Part shown: piece after piece, positions 41,505-49,522 of the stretch | Position numbering within the stretch: the first letter of the stretch is position 1 | Layout of the letters: each line of letters opens with the position of its first letter | Sequence record: OR352941.1 | DNA from: Escherichia phage AV111 | Direction: 5' to 3' (one strand) | DNA: 64,000 nucleotides | Made by a program: the position numbers and the translations under genes | The notes under the pieces: generated by a model | Database searches by the model: none | What the model saw: the letters and a program-made list of their open reading frames with translations, nothing else | What the model was told of the DNA's origin: nothing

Positions 41505-41557
41505 GGGCACTATTACTAAAGACCATATAATTTATCATCTTATGTGTAATAGTGCCT
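41505..41557 (-). other. 12-bp inverted repeat (GGGCACTATTAC / GTAATAGTGCCT) around a 29-nt AT-rich loop containing a TATAAT-like hexamer
   Basis: arms at 41505-41516 and 41546-41557, 11 of 12 complementary. Confidence 0.4.
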
Positions 41558-41572
41558 CAGGCGATTCAGGAT

Positions 41573-42673
41573 TTACGCTGTGAAGATTTTATCCCACATC
41601 GCAACAACTGCATCTCGATTATACTTCTTCCATACTGCTTCAGCACGTTTAACTCGAGCTTCGTATGTGTCAGTGAATTCTAATACAGCTTTTGTGTAAA
41701 GCGCAACTACTTCTTTCTTAGGAGTAGAGGAATCAATTTCTACACGCACAGTATCTGGGTCGTATTCGAATGTCGCATGAGGATAATCCTTAAAAACTAA
41801 CTGGATTACAGGGACACCTTTAGAAATGGCTTCAATAGAACTATTCTCTACCGTACCTGTGTCAGGACACGTATTAATAAGTGCTTTAGCTGTTTTAAGA
41901 CGTTCCATGATTTCACTGTGTGGAGCATCAATAATAACAGGATATTTAGCTGGTGGTGCCCATTTGCTTGGACAATAACCAATACCATTTTCGCCTAGTG
42001 CTTTAATTGCTTCAAGAGCAACATCAGTGCGACGCATCTTAGTGTCATAACGTTGAGCACTAATAATCAAATCAGTTGCCGGGAGAACTTCTGGCTTTTC
42101 AGACAAACAAATAACCGGGTAGTCATCAGGTTCAAATAATGGATTTTCGCGCCAGTAGTCATAATCAATTTTGTCAGTCAGACCTGAAGTCATATAACAA
42201 TATTTGCGTTCAAATTCACGGAAGGCTTTAGTAGGAGCATAGCTCTTCCCGCCGTTCTTGTGAATCTGGATAGTCTGATCCCAAATTTGAACAATACCAC
42301 GAGACACCGGTTCAAACGGCGTAGCCATAAAATTCTTATGAACTTTAGAGAGTCCAGCATCTTTAATTGCCTGAACGGTTAGTTTAGTCGGTTCCATAGT
42401 AACAACAAAATCGTATTCATGGATGCCGGCTAGTTCAACAATCTTACGAGCCATAGTATAACTCATACCTAGACTGAATTTAGTCAGATGACCAACAGGA
42501 TGATGATTAACCTTCCAATCACCAAACGTGTCATTATCAAAGCCGATATAATCAATATCAGCACCGATGGACACAAGATATTTCAACACATTTAAATGTA
42601 CTGCTTCAAGACCACCTTGTACACGGTCAGGATTAAATGGGACTGCACGAGATGGGATAAACATAACTTTCAT
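41573..42673 (-). CDS. putative glycosyltransferase (GT-B fold, GT4-like C-terminal motif), 366 aa
   Basis: C-terminal ETGTVENSSIEAISKGVPVI resembles the E-x7-E / EAxxxGxPVI sugar-donor motif of retaining GT4 enzymes; no counterpart in the T4 rIIA-39 interval as I recall it. Confidence 0.45.
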   Translation of the reverse strand: MKVMFIPSRAVPFNPDRVQGGLEAVHLNVLKYLVSIGADIDYIGFDNDTFGDWKVNHHPVGHLTKFSLGMSYTMARKIVELAGIHEYDFVVTMEPTKLTVQAIKDAGLSKVHKNFMATPFEPVSRGIVQIWDQTIQIHKNGGKSYAPTKAFREFERKYCYMTSGLTDKIDYDYWRENPLFEPDDYPVICLSEKPEVLPATDLIISAQRYDTKMRRTDVALEAIKALGENGIGYCPSKWAPPAKYPVIIDAPHSEIMERLKTAKALINTCPDTGTVENSSIEAISKGVPVIQLVFKDYPHATFEYDPDTVRVEIDSSTPKKEVVALYTKAVLEFTDTYEARVKRAEAVWKKYNRDAVVAMWDKIFTA

Positions 42674-42698
42674 AATTAAGCCTTATTAAAATTAAAAT

Positions 42699-42718
42699 GA
42701 AGCTCCCGAAGGAGCTTA
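42699..42718 (-). terminator. hairpin AAGCUCC-UUCG-GGAGCUU 3' of the HNH gene
   Basis: aagctcccgaaggagctt at 42700-42717. Confidence 0.4.
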
Positions 42719-43528
42719 GGACATCCAACACATTTTATAACCTTTGCAGGTTCTGTTAGGATTATTTAATGCTTTCAATATATTAGAAGACCCTATATCT
42801 AAATACTCTCTTAATTCATAAAGATAGTTAAAATCAATAGTTTCACCTGTTTTTACACTTGTGATTCTTATAGGCCTTCTTTCATATTTAGATTTATACA
42901 ACTCTCTAGTCTTAGCTTTAGTTTCTTCTGACCTAGGAGTGTATGGTTTAAATCCTTTTGTTTTAAATGTTTCCATTCTTGATTTAGTTATTTTATCCCG
43001 GTGTTCTTTTGTTTTTACAGGTGCTTTTCGCCCATTCTCCCGAGATAACTTGTTGGCCTGTATTATTTTATCTATTGCTTCTTGCGTATGAGTTTTACCA
43101 TAAAATGGATTTAATTCGCCTATACGTTGTGAAGCAATATGTGACATTAATTCTCTTGTTGCTTTAGTATGTTTTTTACCTTTAAATGGGTTGCCATTTT
43201 TAGCAATCCATTCTTTCATAAATCTAGAGTGCTCTTTAGAGAATTCTTGTTTAAGCCAATCATAATCTCTAGAATTTCTAGCTCCCATGTAAAAAGCTCT
43301 AATAGCCATAAGCATAGAACGGTTCTTATGAATTTTATAAAGCAATAAATGGGCGATAAAATGCTCTCTAGGGGTCATTTTAACTAGATTTGATTTAGCA
43401 TTACTCCCGCCCATAGATTTAGGCAAAATATGGTGAGTTTCAGTATAATTAGGAATAGTGCTGCGGTTTTTAGCCGCAGCGATAAGTTTATCATAAATTT
43501 TACGATAATTCATTATCCTAGCATCCAA
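42716..43528 (-). CDS. HNH homing endonuclease (MobA-like), 270 aa
   Basis: Mob-family N-terminus MNYRKIYDKLIAAAKNR...HHILPKSMGGSNAKSNLVKMTPREHFIAHLLL plus NUMOD-like repeats (NPFKGKKHT, NPFYGKTHT). Confidence 0.8.
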   Translation of the reverse strand: MDARIMNYRKIYDKLIAAAKNRSTIPNYTETHHILPKSMGGSNAKSNLVKMTPREHFIAHLLLYKIHKNRSMLMAIRAFYMGARNSRDYDWLKQEFSKEHSRFMKEWIAKNGNPFKGKKHTKATRELMSHIASQRIGELNPFYGKTHTQEAIDKIIQANKLSRENGRKAPVKTKEHRDKITKSRMETFKTKGFKPYTPRSEETKAKTRELYKSKYERRPIRITSVKTGETIDFNYLYELREYLDIGSSNILKALNNPNRTCKGYKMCWMS

Positions 43529-45333
43529 TCTTTACGGAGTTCAGGGTCGTTACCCATGAGCATTTCAAATAGTTCTTTCCAATTTTCAGGAAGTTTAACT
43601 ACGTCGTACACAGGGTTTTGAATCATTTCTTTATATTCATCTCGCTGAAGTGAGCCCAATCCCTTGATGTATCGAATACTATGCTTAGGCAGTGTATCTT
43701 TAACTTCTTCATACTCAGCTACAGTATAAAACCATTTTTGAGTTTTGCCAATTTGTGCAATAATTACAGGCGTTTTAACAAAGCGAATACGTCCTTGTTC
43801 AAACAATTCAGGCCAATTACTAAAGAAAGCAAGCAAAGCCGGATAAATGCTTCCAAGACCGTCATGATCGGCATCGGTCATAATTGCAATATTACGATAG
43901 TTCGTATTCTCTGCCTTTTCACCAAGAATAAGACCTGTGATAGCACAGATATCAAAGAGCTCTTTGTTCTTCATCATATCAGCATATGACATACCCCAGC
44001 TATTCATCACCTTACCACGTAATGGGAATCCGCCGTGTAGTTCACGGTCACGAACATCAATGAGATAACCAATTGCCGAATCACCTTCTGTTAAGAACAA
44101 TGTTGTATCTGCATCTTTACCACATTGGTTAGCTTTAATATGCTTATGAACCTTAGCTTTAGTTGCCTTTTTAGCTGCTTTAGTTTCTGCAGCCTTTTCT
44201 GCTGCCAATTTACGAGCTAATGCTGCTTCAACAATAGGCATAATCAAGGCTTCGTTTTTAAGAAGTGCCTGAGCAATTTTCTTAGCATCTAATTGGATAT
44301 GATTACGAATATCACCATACGTTGACGTTAAACGTTCTTTAGTCTGAGAATCAAAACGCATGTTGCTCATGTCTCTAATAAACATCAACATTGTGAGACA
44401 TTCTTTAACACGAGCTTTAGTGACTTCAATACCCTTATATTTCTTTTTAATACCTGGCAAAAGATGTTCGCAGATATCATCCATTACGCATTCAACATGA
44501 TGACCGCCGTTTTTAGTATGGATGTTATTCACATAAGTTAAATGACGGAAGCCATCTGGTGATGTTGTGAATGCTATAGAGACTTTATCATTTTCTTGAA
44601 TGATGTTATCTTCACCAAATTGTTTAGCAAATCGTTTAAAATTACCATCAACCTTTTTACCATTAAATGTGAACTTGATATCAGGATAAACGACTGCCAA
44701 TGTTTGAAGTCGATCTAAAGTAATATCTAAATAAATTTGAGATAAATTATGCTCTTCAAATGAAGAGAAATCAGGAGTGAAGATTACTTTAGTGCCTTTA
44801 CATTTAGATTTCTTAGAAGACCATGATTTGTTTTCCATTCCGTTTGAACAGTTAACAGTGATTTCATTTTCGCCATCTGACGTGATGCCTGTAAACAACG
44901 TAGAGAAGATATTAGTTAAACTACTCCCGACGCCGTTCATACCACCAGTCTTGCGTTCAGAATCATCACCAAAGTTACCACCAGCCTTTGGAATAGTCCA
45001 GGCTGCTACAGGCCCAGGAATTTGTTCACCTGTTTGGTCGGTAACTAAACCTTGAGGAATACCACGTCCGTTATCTTCCACCGAAACTTGATTATTTTTA
45101 ATTTGCACGTCAATTTTATTTGCAAACTTAAATGATGTACGAATAGCTTCATCAACCGAGTTGTCAATAATCTCATCGATTAATTTAACCAGACCAGGAA
45201 CATATTCAACTTGTTGATATTTACCAAACAAAAAACGCTCGTGGGCTTCTTTGGCCGAAGAACCAATATACATGCCACTACGTTTCTTAATATGTTCTAC
45301 ATCTGACAGTACCTTAATTTCATTTTTAATCAT
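43513..45333 (-). CDS. 39: DNA topoisomerase II large subunit gp39 (GyrB-like ATPase), 606 aa, single uninterrupted ORF
   Basis: GHKL ATPase N-terminus and TOPRIM region; corresponds to T4 39 plus 60 combined. Confidence 0.9.
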   Translation of the reverse strand: MIKNEIKVLSDVEHIKKRSGMYIGSSAKEAHERFLFGKYQQVEYVPGLVKLIDEIIDNSVDEAIRTSFKFANKIDVQIKNNQVSVEDNGRGIPQGLVTDQTGEQIPGPVAAWTIPKAGGNFGDDSERKTGGMNGVGSSLTNIFSTLFTGITSDGENEITVNCSNGMENKSWSSKKSKCKGTKVIFTPDFSSFEEHNLSQIYLDITLDRLQTLAVVYPDIKFTFNGKKVDGNFKRFAKQFGEDNIIQENDKVSIAFTTSPDGFRHLTYVNNIHTKNGGHHVECVMDDICEHLLPGIKKKYKGIEVTKARVKECLTMLMFIRDMSNMRFDSQTKERLTSTYGDIRNHIQLDAKKIAQALLKNEALIMPIVEAALARKLAAEKAAETKAAKKATKAKVHKHIKANQCGKDADTTLFLTEGDSAIGYLIDVRDRELHGGFPLRGKVMNSWGMSYADMMKNKELFDICAITGLILGEKAENTNYRNIAIMTDADHDGLGSIYPALLAFFSNWPELFEQGRIRFVKTPVIIAQIGKTQKWFYTVAEYEEVKDTLPKHSIRYIKGLGSLQRDEYKEMIQNPVYDVVKLPENWKELFEMLMGNDPELRKDWMLG

Positions 45334-45396
45334 GTTGTCTCCTCGTTATGAAGGTATTCTATCATCCGAAATCTAAAGCAAAAAGGGCCGAAGCCA

Positions 45397-45822
45397 TTAT
45401 TTAAATTTAATTTTCTGAAGTGCATCAATTGCAGCCAGGCGCCCTTGTTCACTTTTAACTGTAATGACCACATCGCCTGATACGATCACCGAACCATCAA
45501 CAAATTCTATAGAGCCTTTTTTGAAATCGACAGCTGTATCTGGTTCCTGAACTTCTTCAAAGAATTTAAATTCTGCACCATAAAGCATAATATCACCTTG
45601 CATACTATGAATAGTTCGGCCATAATCGCCTACGGCTTCTACAGCAATAACCGAAACACCGTAACCAATCATCTCTTCCACAATAAAATCTTTGGACAAT
45701 AAAGTAGTATGCAGATTAGTATTAAGACGTTTACCAGTTGTATTAAGAATTCTCAAGAAATTATCTTCCTGCCCTTTGATAATACGATATTTCTTACCAA
45801 CTTCAAAACCTTTAAAAGCCAT
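45397..45822 (-). CDS. hypothetical protein, 141 aa
   Basis: ORF track. Confidence 0.5.
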   Translation of the reverse strand: MAFKGFEVGKKYRIIKGQEDNFLRILNTTGKRLNTNLHTTLLSKDFIVEEMIGYGVSVIAVEAVGDYGRTIHSMQGDIMLYGAEFKFFEEVQEPDTAVDFKKGSIEFVDGSVIVSGDVVITVKSEQGRLAAIDALQKIKFK

Positions 45823-45824
45823 AA

Positions 45825-46004
45825 TTAACCCTTCTTAAGTAAGTCGTAAAAACCACCGTTCACATGTTTAGGAGCAGAAACCCGACGAGTAGACAGACGA
45901 TGACATTCAGGGCAAACATCGTTTTCTCGTTCAGAAATCCTTTTAATTTTTTCATATTCATGTCCGCAATCTTCAGATTGGCATTTATAGTCGTATAACG
46001 GCAT
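45825..46004 (-). CDS. FmdB-like zinc-ribbon protein, 59 aa
   Basis: Hand-translated [37 protein letters not shown]...; CxxC...CPEC spacing typical of FmdB-family zinc ribbons; ATG overlaps upstream stop. Confidence 0.45.
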   Translation of the reverse strand: MPLYDYKCQSEDCGHEYEKIKRISERENDVCPECHRLSTRRVSAPKHVNGGFYDLLKKG

Positions 46005-46435
46005 TATTGTTCCTTAAAGTGAGCTTTCAACATTTGATACAAAGACCATGCCTGGTCGCTATTTTCGATAGTAATCGACATCACAGGAAATTCAGACAAT
46101 TCATCAAGTTCTCCAGAGTCTTGCTCTTCAGACGCTTGATATGGATTTCCTACTTCATCGAAGAACTCAGCTTCGCATGTAGAAAGCCAGATAAAGTTTT
46201 CATCAAGGATATCACCACCTGTAGCGTATCCGACCATGCCAGTAGATGTCACAATTTTAGTAGGACGTCCAAGATGGTCAACATCTAATACTTTAAACGG
46301 TTCCATGCCAAGACGTCGTGCATAAATCCCATTATCAGTGTGGTCTTTAATAAACTCTTCTTGGGCACGTTTATCTATAAATTGATACCATGAGTTAACG
46401 CGGAATTTATTAGCCATTAGTAAGTTTCCTTCCAA
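46004..46435 (-). CDS. hypothetical protein, 143 aa
   Basis: ORF track. Confidence 0.5.
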   Translation of the reverse strand: MEGNLLMANKFRVNSWYQFIDKRAQEEFIKDHTDNGIYARRLGMEPFKVLDVDHLGRPTKIVTSTGMVGYATGGDILDENFIWLSTCEAEFFDEVGNPYQASEEQDSGELDELSEFPVMSITIENSDQAWSLYQMLKAHFKEQ

Positions 46436-46644
46436 TAAGTTGTACCGTTTTCAGTGATTTCACGGAAGATACCATAGATAGGCATTTCATCGCCGAGTTT
46501 TTCGTAAACGTAAACCACTTCTGTGTAGCATAAAAATTCGGTCCAGTTTTTCTGTACAACAACTAAATCAGGATTAAACAGAACATCTTCAAACTCATCG
46601 ATGTTTGAATCAGTAGTTACGTTTTTAATGATTTGACGTTTCAT
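46417..46644 (-). CDS. hypothetical protein, about 75 aa
   Basis: Start moved to ATG 46642-46644 (MKRQII...) with GAGGAG SD; track start lies inside the promoter. Confidence 0.45.
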   Translation of the reverse strand: MKRQIIKNVTTDSNIDEFEDVLFNPDLVVVQKNWTEFLCYTEVVYVYEKLGDEMPIYGIFREITENGTTYWKETY

Positions 46645-46666
46645 AATATTCTCCTCTTGTTTTGAT

Positions 46667-46700
46667 AGGTCTATAGTATCATAGACCATAGTTGTTGTAC
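46667..46700 (-). promoter_or_regulatory. T4-type early promoter (variant -35), -10 flanked by GGTCTAT / ATAGACC inverted repeat
   Basis: plus-strand ataggtctatagtatcat 46665-46682; tgtaca 46695-46700. Confidence 0.4.
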
Positions 46701-46701
46701 A

Positions 46702-47226
46702 TCATTTTAGCAAAATAAAATCAACTTGTTCTGCCAATGAACGTCTAAACATTAATTGACATCTTCCGAGGATGAAATCAGGTGCTTCATAGACCGCTAT
46801 GTAGTATCCTTTGGCTTTCAGGAGTTCAACATCCACCTGGTCATCAAACCATGCATAAACCGCGACAACACTTTCAAATCCAAAATAGAACTCTTGAGCC
46901 CAATCTTCGTTCAATTCAAATGTGTGCTCAACTCTATAGTATCTTAAGATATTTTGTTCAAGGAGTTTGTCTTCATTTACTGTAGGACGATTAGGGACAT
47001 TATAGTTGTCGCCGTGATGGTAGAAGTTACCTGAGAGTATTCCATGCTTATCAAGGAACTCCCATGTTTCTTCAGAGTTGTCGGTGCCTGACCAACCGTA
47101 CGGCGAGCGAGGTTCTTTATTCCAAGAGGTTTCCCAAATTCTGACGGCTTTACCATCTTCGATAGCAATTCCTGGTAATGATTCACGTTGAGTACAAAAA
47201 CTACGTTCTACGCGGTAAACTAACAT
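46702..47226 (-). CDS. hypothetical protein, 174 aa
   Basis: ORF track; ATG with GAGGAG SD. Confidence 0.5.
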   Translation of the reverse strand: MLVYRVERSFCTQRESLPGIAIEDGKAVRIWETSWNKEPRSPYGWSGTDNSEETWEFLDKHGILSGNFYHHGDNYNVPNRPTVNEDKLLEQNILRYYRVEHTFELNEDWAQEFYFGFESVVAVYAWFDDQVDVELLKAKGYYIAVYEAPDFILGRCQLMFRRSLAEQVDFILLK

Positions 47227-47232
47227 ATTATT

Positions 47233-47281
47233 CTCCTCTGGTTGATGTGGTTATAATATCAAAACCAGAGGAGAAGTAAAC
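47233..47281 (-). promoter_or_regulatory. T4-type early promoter with 11-bp perfect inverted repeat flanking the -10; downstream arm overlaps the SD of the 46702..47226 gene
   Basis: arms ctcctctggtt 47233-47243 and aaccagaggag 47263-47273; ggttataatatc 47249-47260; gtaaac 47276-47281. Confidence 0.5.
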
Positions 47282-47285
47282 AACT

Positions 47286-47705
47286 TTATGCAAAAGATGC
47301 TGGACAATATTTTTTGATTTGGAACTCAGGAACTACCATGAACTGTCCAGCGAAAACGATGTTATAAAGCTTAACACCATCTTCTACCCATTGGTCCGAA
47401 ATAAAACCAGCAACTTGATTCGTTGTCCACGGTGTTCCATCTGTTGCCGCAGCAATGGTGAACTCGTGGTCTTTTACAACTAAAACCGATCTGCACAGTT
47501 TCCATTTGAACGCGCGTTCTTCTGGCTCGATGAATTGGCTTTTAACGTAACCAATGTTACCATCAGCGTCACGAACTTTAACTTCGTTACGTCCAAAAAC
47601 CGGATCACTCACAGAAAGAACTTCGACCAACTTACCAGCAACTTTAGAGCGAGAAGCATCTGATACGTGTACATAATCACCAATAGAGAGATTTGCAATA
47701 TTCAT
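47286..47705 (-). CDS. hypothetical protein, 139 aa; member of a tandem paralogue triplet
   Basis: C-terminal motif GFISDQWVEDGVKLYNIVFAGQF shared with the next two ORFs. Confidence 0.55.
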   Translation of the reverse strand: MNIANLSIGDYVHVSDASRSKVAGKLVEVLSVSDPVFGRNEVKVRDADGNIGYVKSQFIEPEERAFKWKLCRSVLVVKDHEFTIAAATDGTPWTTNQVAGFISDQWVEDGVKLYNIVFAGQFMVVPEFQIKKYCPASFA

Positions 47706-47714
47706 AATAATTCC

Positions 47715-48210
47715 TTAAGCTTTACGAGGAGACACATAGCGAGTGATTTCAGATTCTTCAACAACTCGGAAGTCACCTAAGAATACAATATTGTATAACT
47801 TTTTACCATCTTCAACCCATTGGTCACTAATGAAGCCGCACATAGTATCAGTTTTGCTTGGATAACCGTATTCGTCGATGTAATCAAATTCTTTATCGGT
47901 TATAAATTCAACGCCTTTGCAAAGGGCCCATTTGAACTGTGTAGTAGGCTCAACGATATCGTTTGAAGCAAAGTGTGCAGGTGCAACTTCTTCGCTTGAA
48001 GCAAATTGGACTCGTATATGTTTTTCCAGGAATTTAGGACTTACGTAAGCATACTGGGCATCTTGTCCGCCAAAACTCGGGATGATTCGAACTTTAACTT
48101 CTTTAACACGTCCCATGCCATTAGTACGAAGCCCTGCTACTTCAACCAGACGACCTGCAGCTTTAGAACGAGAAGCAGGAGATACACGAAGGATTTCACC
48201 AATAGTAATC
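47715..48210 (-). CDS. hypothetical protein, about 165 aa; paralogue
   Basis: Start moved to ATG 48208-48210 (MITIGEI...); C-terminal GFISDQWVEDGKKLYNIVFLGDF. Confidence 0.5.
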
Positions 48211-48241
48211 ATAATTTCTCTCTCTTTGTTTAAATTGAATT

Positions 48242-48283
48242 CACTATACTCCATCCATCCTTGGATGTACAACATTAATTAAG
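48242..48283 (-). promoter_or_regulatory. T4-type early promoter (variant -35 GTTGTAC) with CCAAGGATGG spacer motif
   Basis: plus-strand cactatact 48242-48250; ccatccatccttggatg spacer; gtacaac 48277-48283. Confidence 0.4.
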
Positions 48284-48769
48284 GATATTAACCACAGCAC
48301 TACGTGGAACTACACTAAAATCACCTGCATGAACAACGTTCAGAAGTTCAACGCCGTCTTCAATCCATTGGTCAGTTACCCATCCACTCACTGGTCCTGC
48401 GAACGGACGTCGAATTGAAACAGCTTTACACAACAAATCAGTAGGCTCAATAGGCTTAATCAGAGTACCGTACATACAAGCGATATCCATATCAAAGTGG
48501 AGACCATCTTTAACAGGTGCTTCTTCAATCAACAGTTCAAAGTCTGTGCTTGGAAGGGCGGTAGTAGAAATTGTACCGTATGAATTTTTAATTTCTAAGA
48601 ATAACCAAGGGCCTTCCGTTTGTTTGATGAAGTTAACAATAGTGAAACTATTACCTTGAGTGGCACCTAAAATTTCACAAAACTTTTCATAAGCTCGCAC
48701 TGAAGCACCATACCAGTTAATTTGTTTTTCGTCTTTCAGGATGTAAGTAGCCGTAGTATTGATATTCAT
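48275..48769 (-). CDS. hypothetical protein, 164 aa; paralogue
   Basis: C-terminal GWVTDQWIEDGVELLNVVHAGDF. Confidence 0.55.
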   Translation of the reverse strand: MNINTTATYILKDEKQINWYGASVRAYEKFCEILGATQGNSFTIVNFIKQTEGPWLFLEIKNSYGTISTTALPSTDFELLIEEAPVKDGLHFDMDIACMYGTLIKPIEPTDLLCKAVSIRRPFAGPVSGWVTDQWIEDGVELLNVVHAGDFSVVPRSAVVNILN

Positions 48770-48800
48770 AATGTTTTTCCTGTTTAGTTAAGATAAAAAG

Positions 48801-48830
48801 ATTATACTACAACCAAGGATGGTTGTAAAC
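48801..48830 (-). promoter_or_regulatory. T4-type early promoter with CCATCCTTGG spacer motif (opposite orientation to the 8271 copy)
   Basis: plus-strand attatact 48801-48808; caaccaaggatggttg spacer; gtaaac 48825-48830. Confidence 0.45.
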
Positions 48831-48835
48831 TGGTT

Positions 48836-49513
48836 TTATCGCTGTTTTACACTTAACGGGTCAGGATTCTCAGGGACATCTTCAAGGCCAAGCGCATAAC
48901 GCTGAGCATATTTTAACATCAAAATATCTTTAGCACAATCATGAATACTATCATGGGCAACGAATCCTTTTAGCGTACCCATCGGTAATGGACACATACT
49001 TAATCCTCGTGTCAACGAGTAAGCTTCGATTGCCGTACGAATATCACGTTGAGCCCAGAATTTAACCGGTTCTAATTTATCAGTATCAATATCTGGTTCA
49101 AGAACACCTTCATCACGATAGAGGTCACGAATCAAATCGACCAAGATCGGGAAGTCAAAGCTCATACCACGGCACCACATCTGTGATTTCCATTGGTCAA
49201 CTTTATTAGCTCGACAATAATCTAAAAAGATTTTAATGCCTTCAAGCGTAGTGACATCGTCTTCAGACGGGGCCAAGTTTTTACGTGCTTCTGCTGATTG
49301 TTCTTTCCACCATTTCATAGTGGATTTAGCGAAAACTCGCTTCCCTTTCTGAGAAGCTAAATTAAATTTAATTCGCTTACCTCGTTGAACAAGTTCTTCA
49401 AATGATTCAACAACTTCAGGGTCGGAATTATATGCAATAACCGCAAGGTCAATAACAGCCGCTTTTGATGTATTGCCGAATGTTTCAAAATCTATAATAA
49501 CATCAGTGCTCAT
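48836..49513 (-). CDS. dexA: exonuclease A (DEDDh 3'-5' exonuclease), 225 aa
   Basis: DFETFG exo I motif at the N-terminus; HD motif near the C-terminus; position next to dda. Confidence 0.8.
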   Translation of the reverse strand: MSTDVIIDFETFGNTSKAAVIDLAVIAYNSDPEVVESFEELVQRGKRIKFNLASQKGKRVFAKSTMKWWKEQSAEARKNLAPSEDDVTTLEGIKIFLDYCRANKVDQWKSQMWCRGMSFDFPILVDLIRDLYRDEGVLEPDIDTDKLEPVKFWAQRDIRTAIEAYSLTRGLSMCPLPMGTLKGFVAHDSIHDCAKDILMLKYAQRYALGLEDVPENPDPLSVKQR

Positions 49514-49522
49514 AATTTTCTC

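Noticed and set aside
43513-45333. Searched for a gene 60-type translational bypass (take-off/landing GGA codons around a stop with a hairpin)
   Set aside because: The topoisomerase large subunit is one continuous ORF, so no bypass is needed or present.
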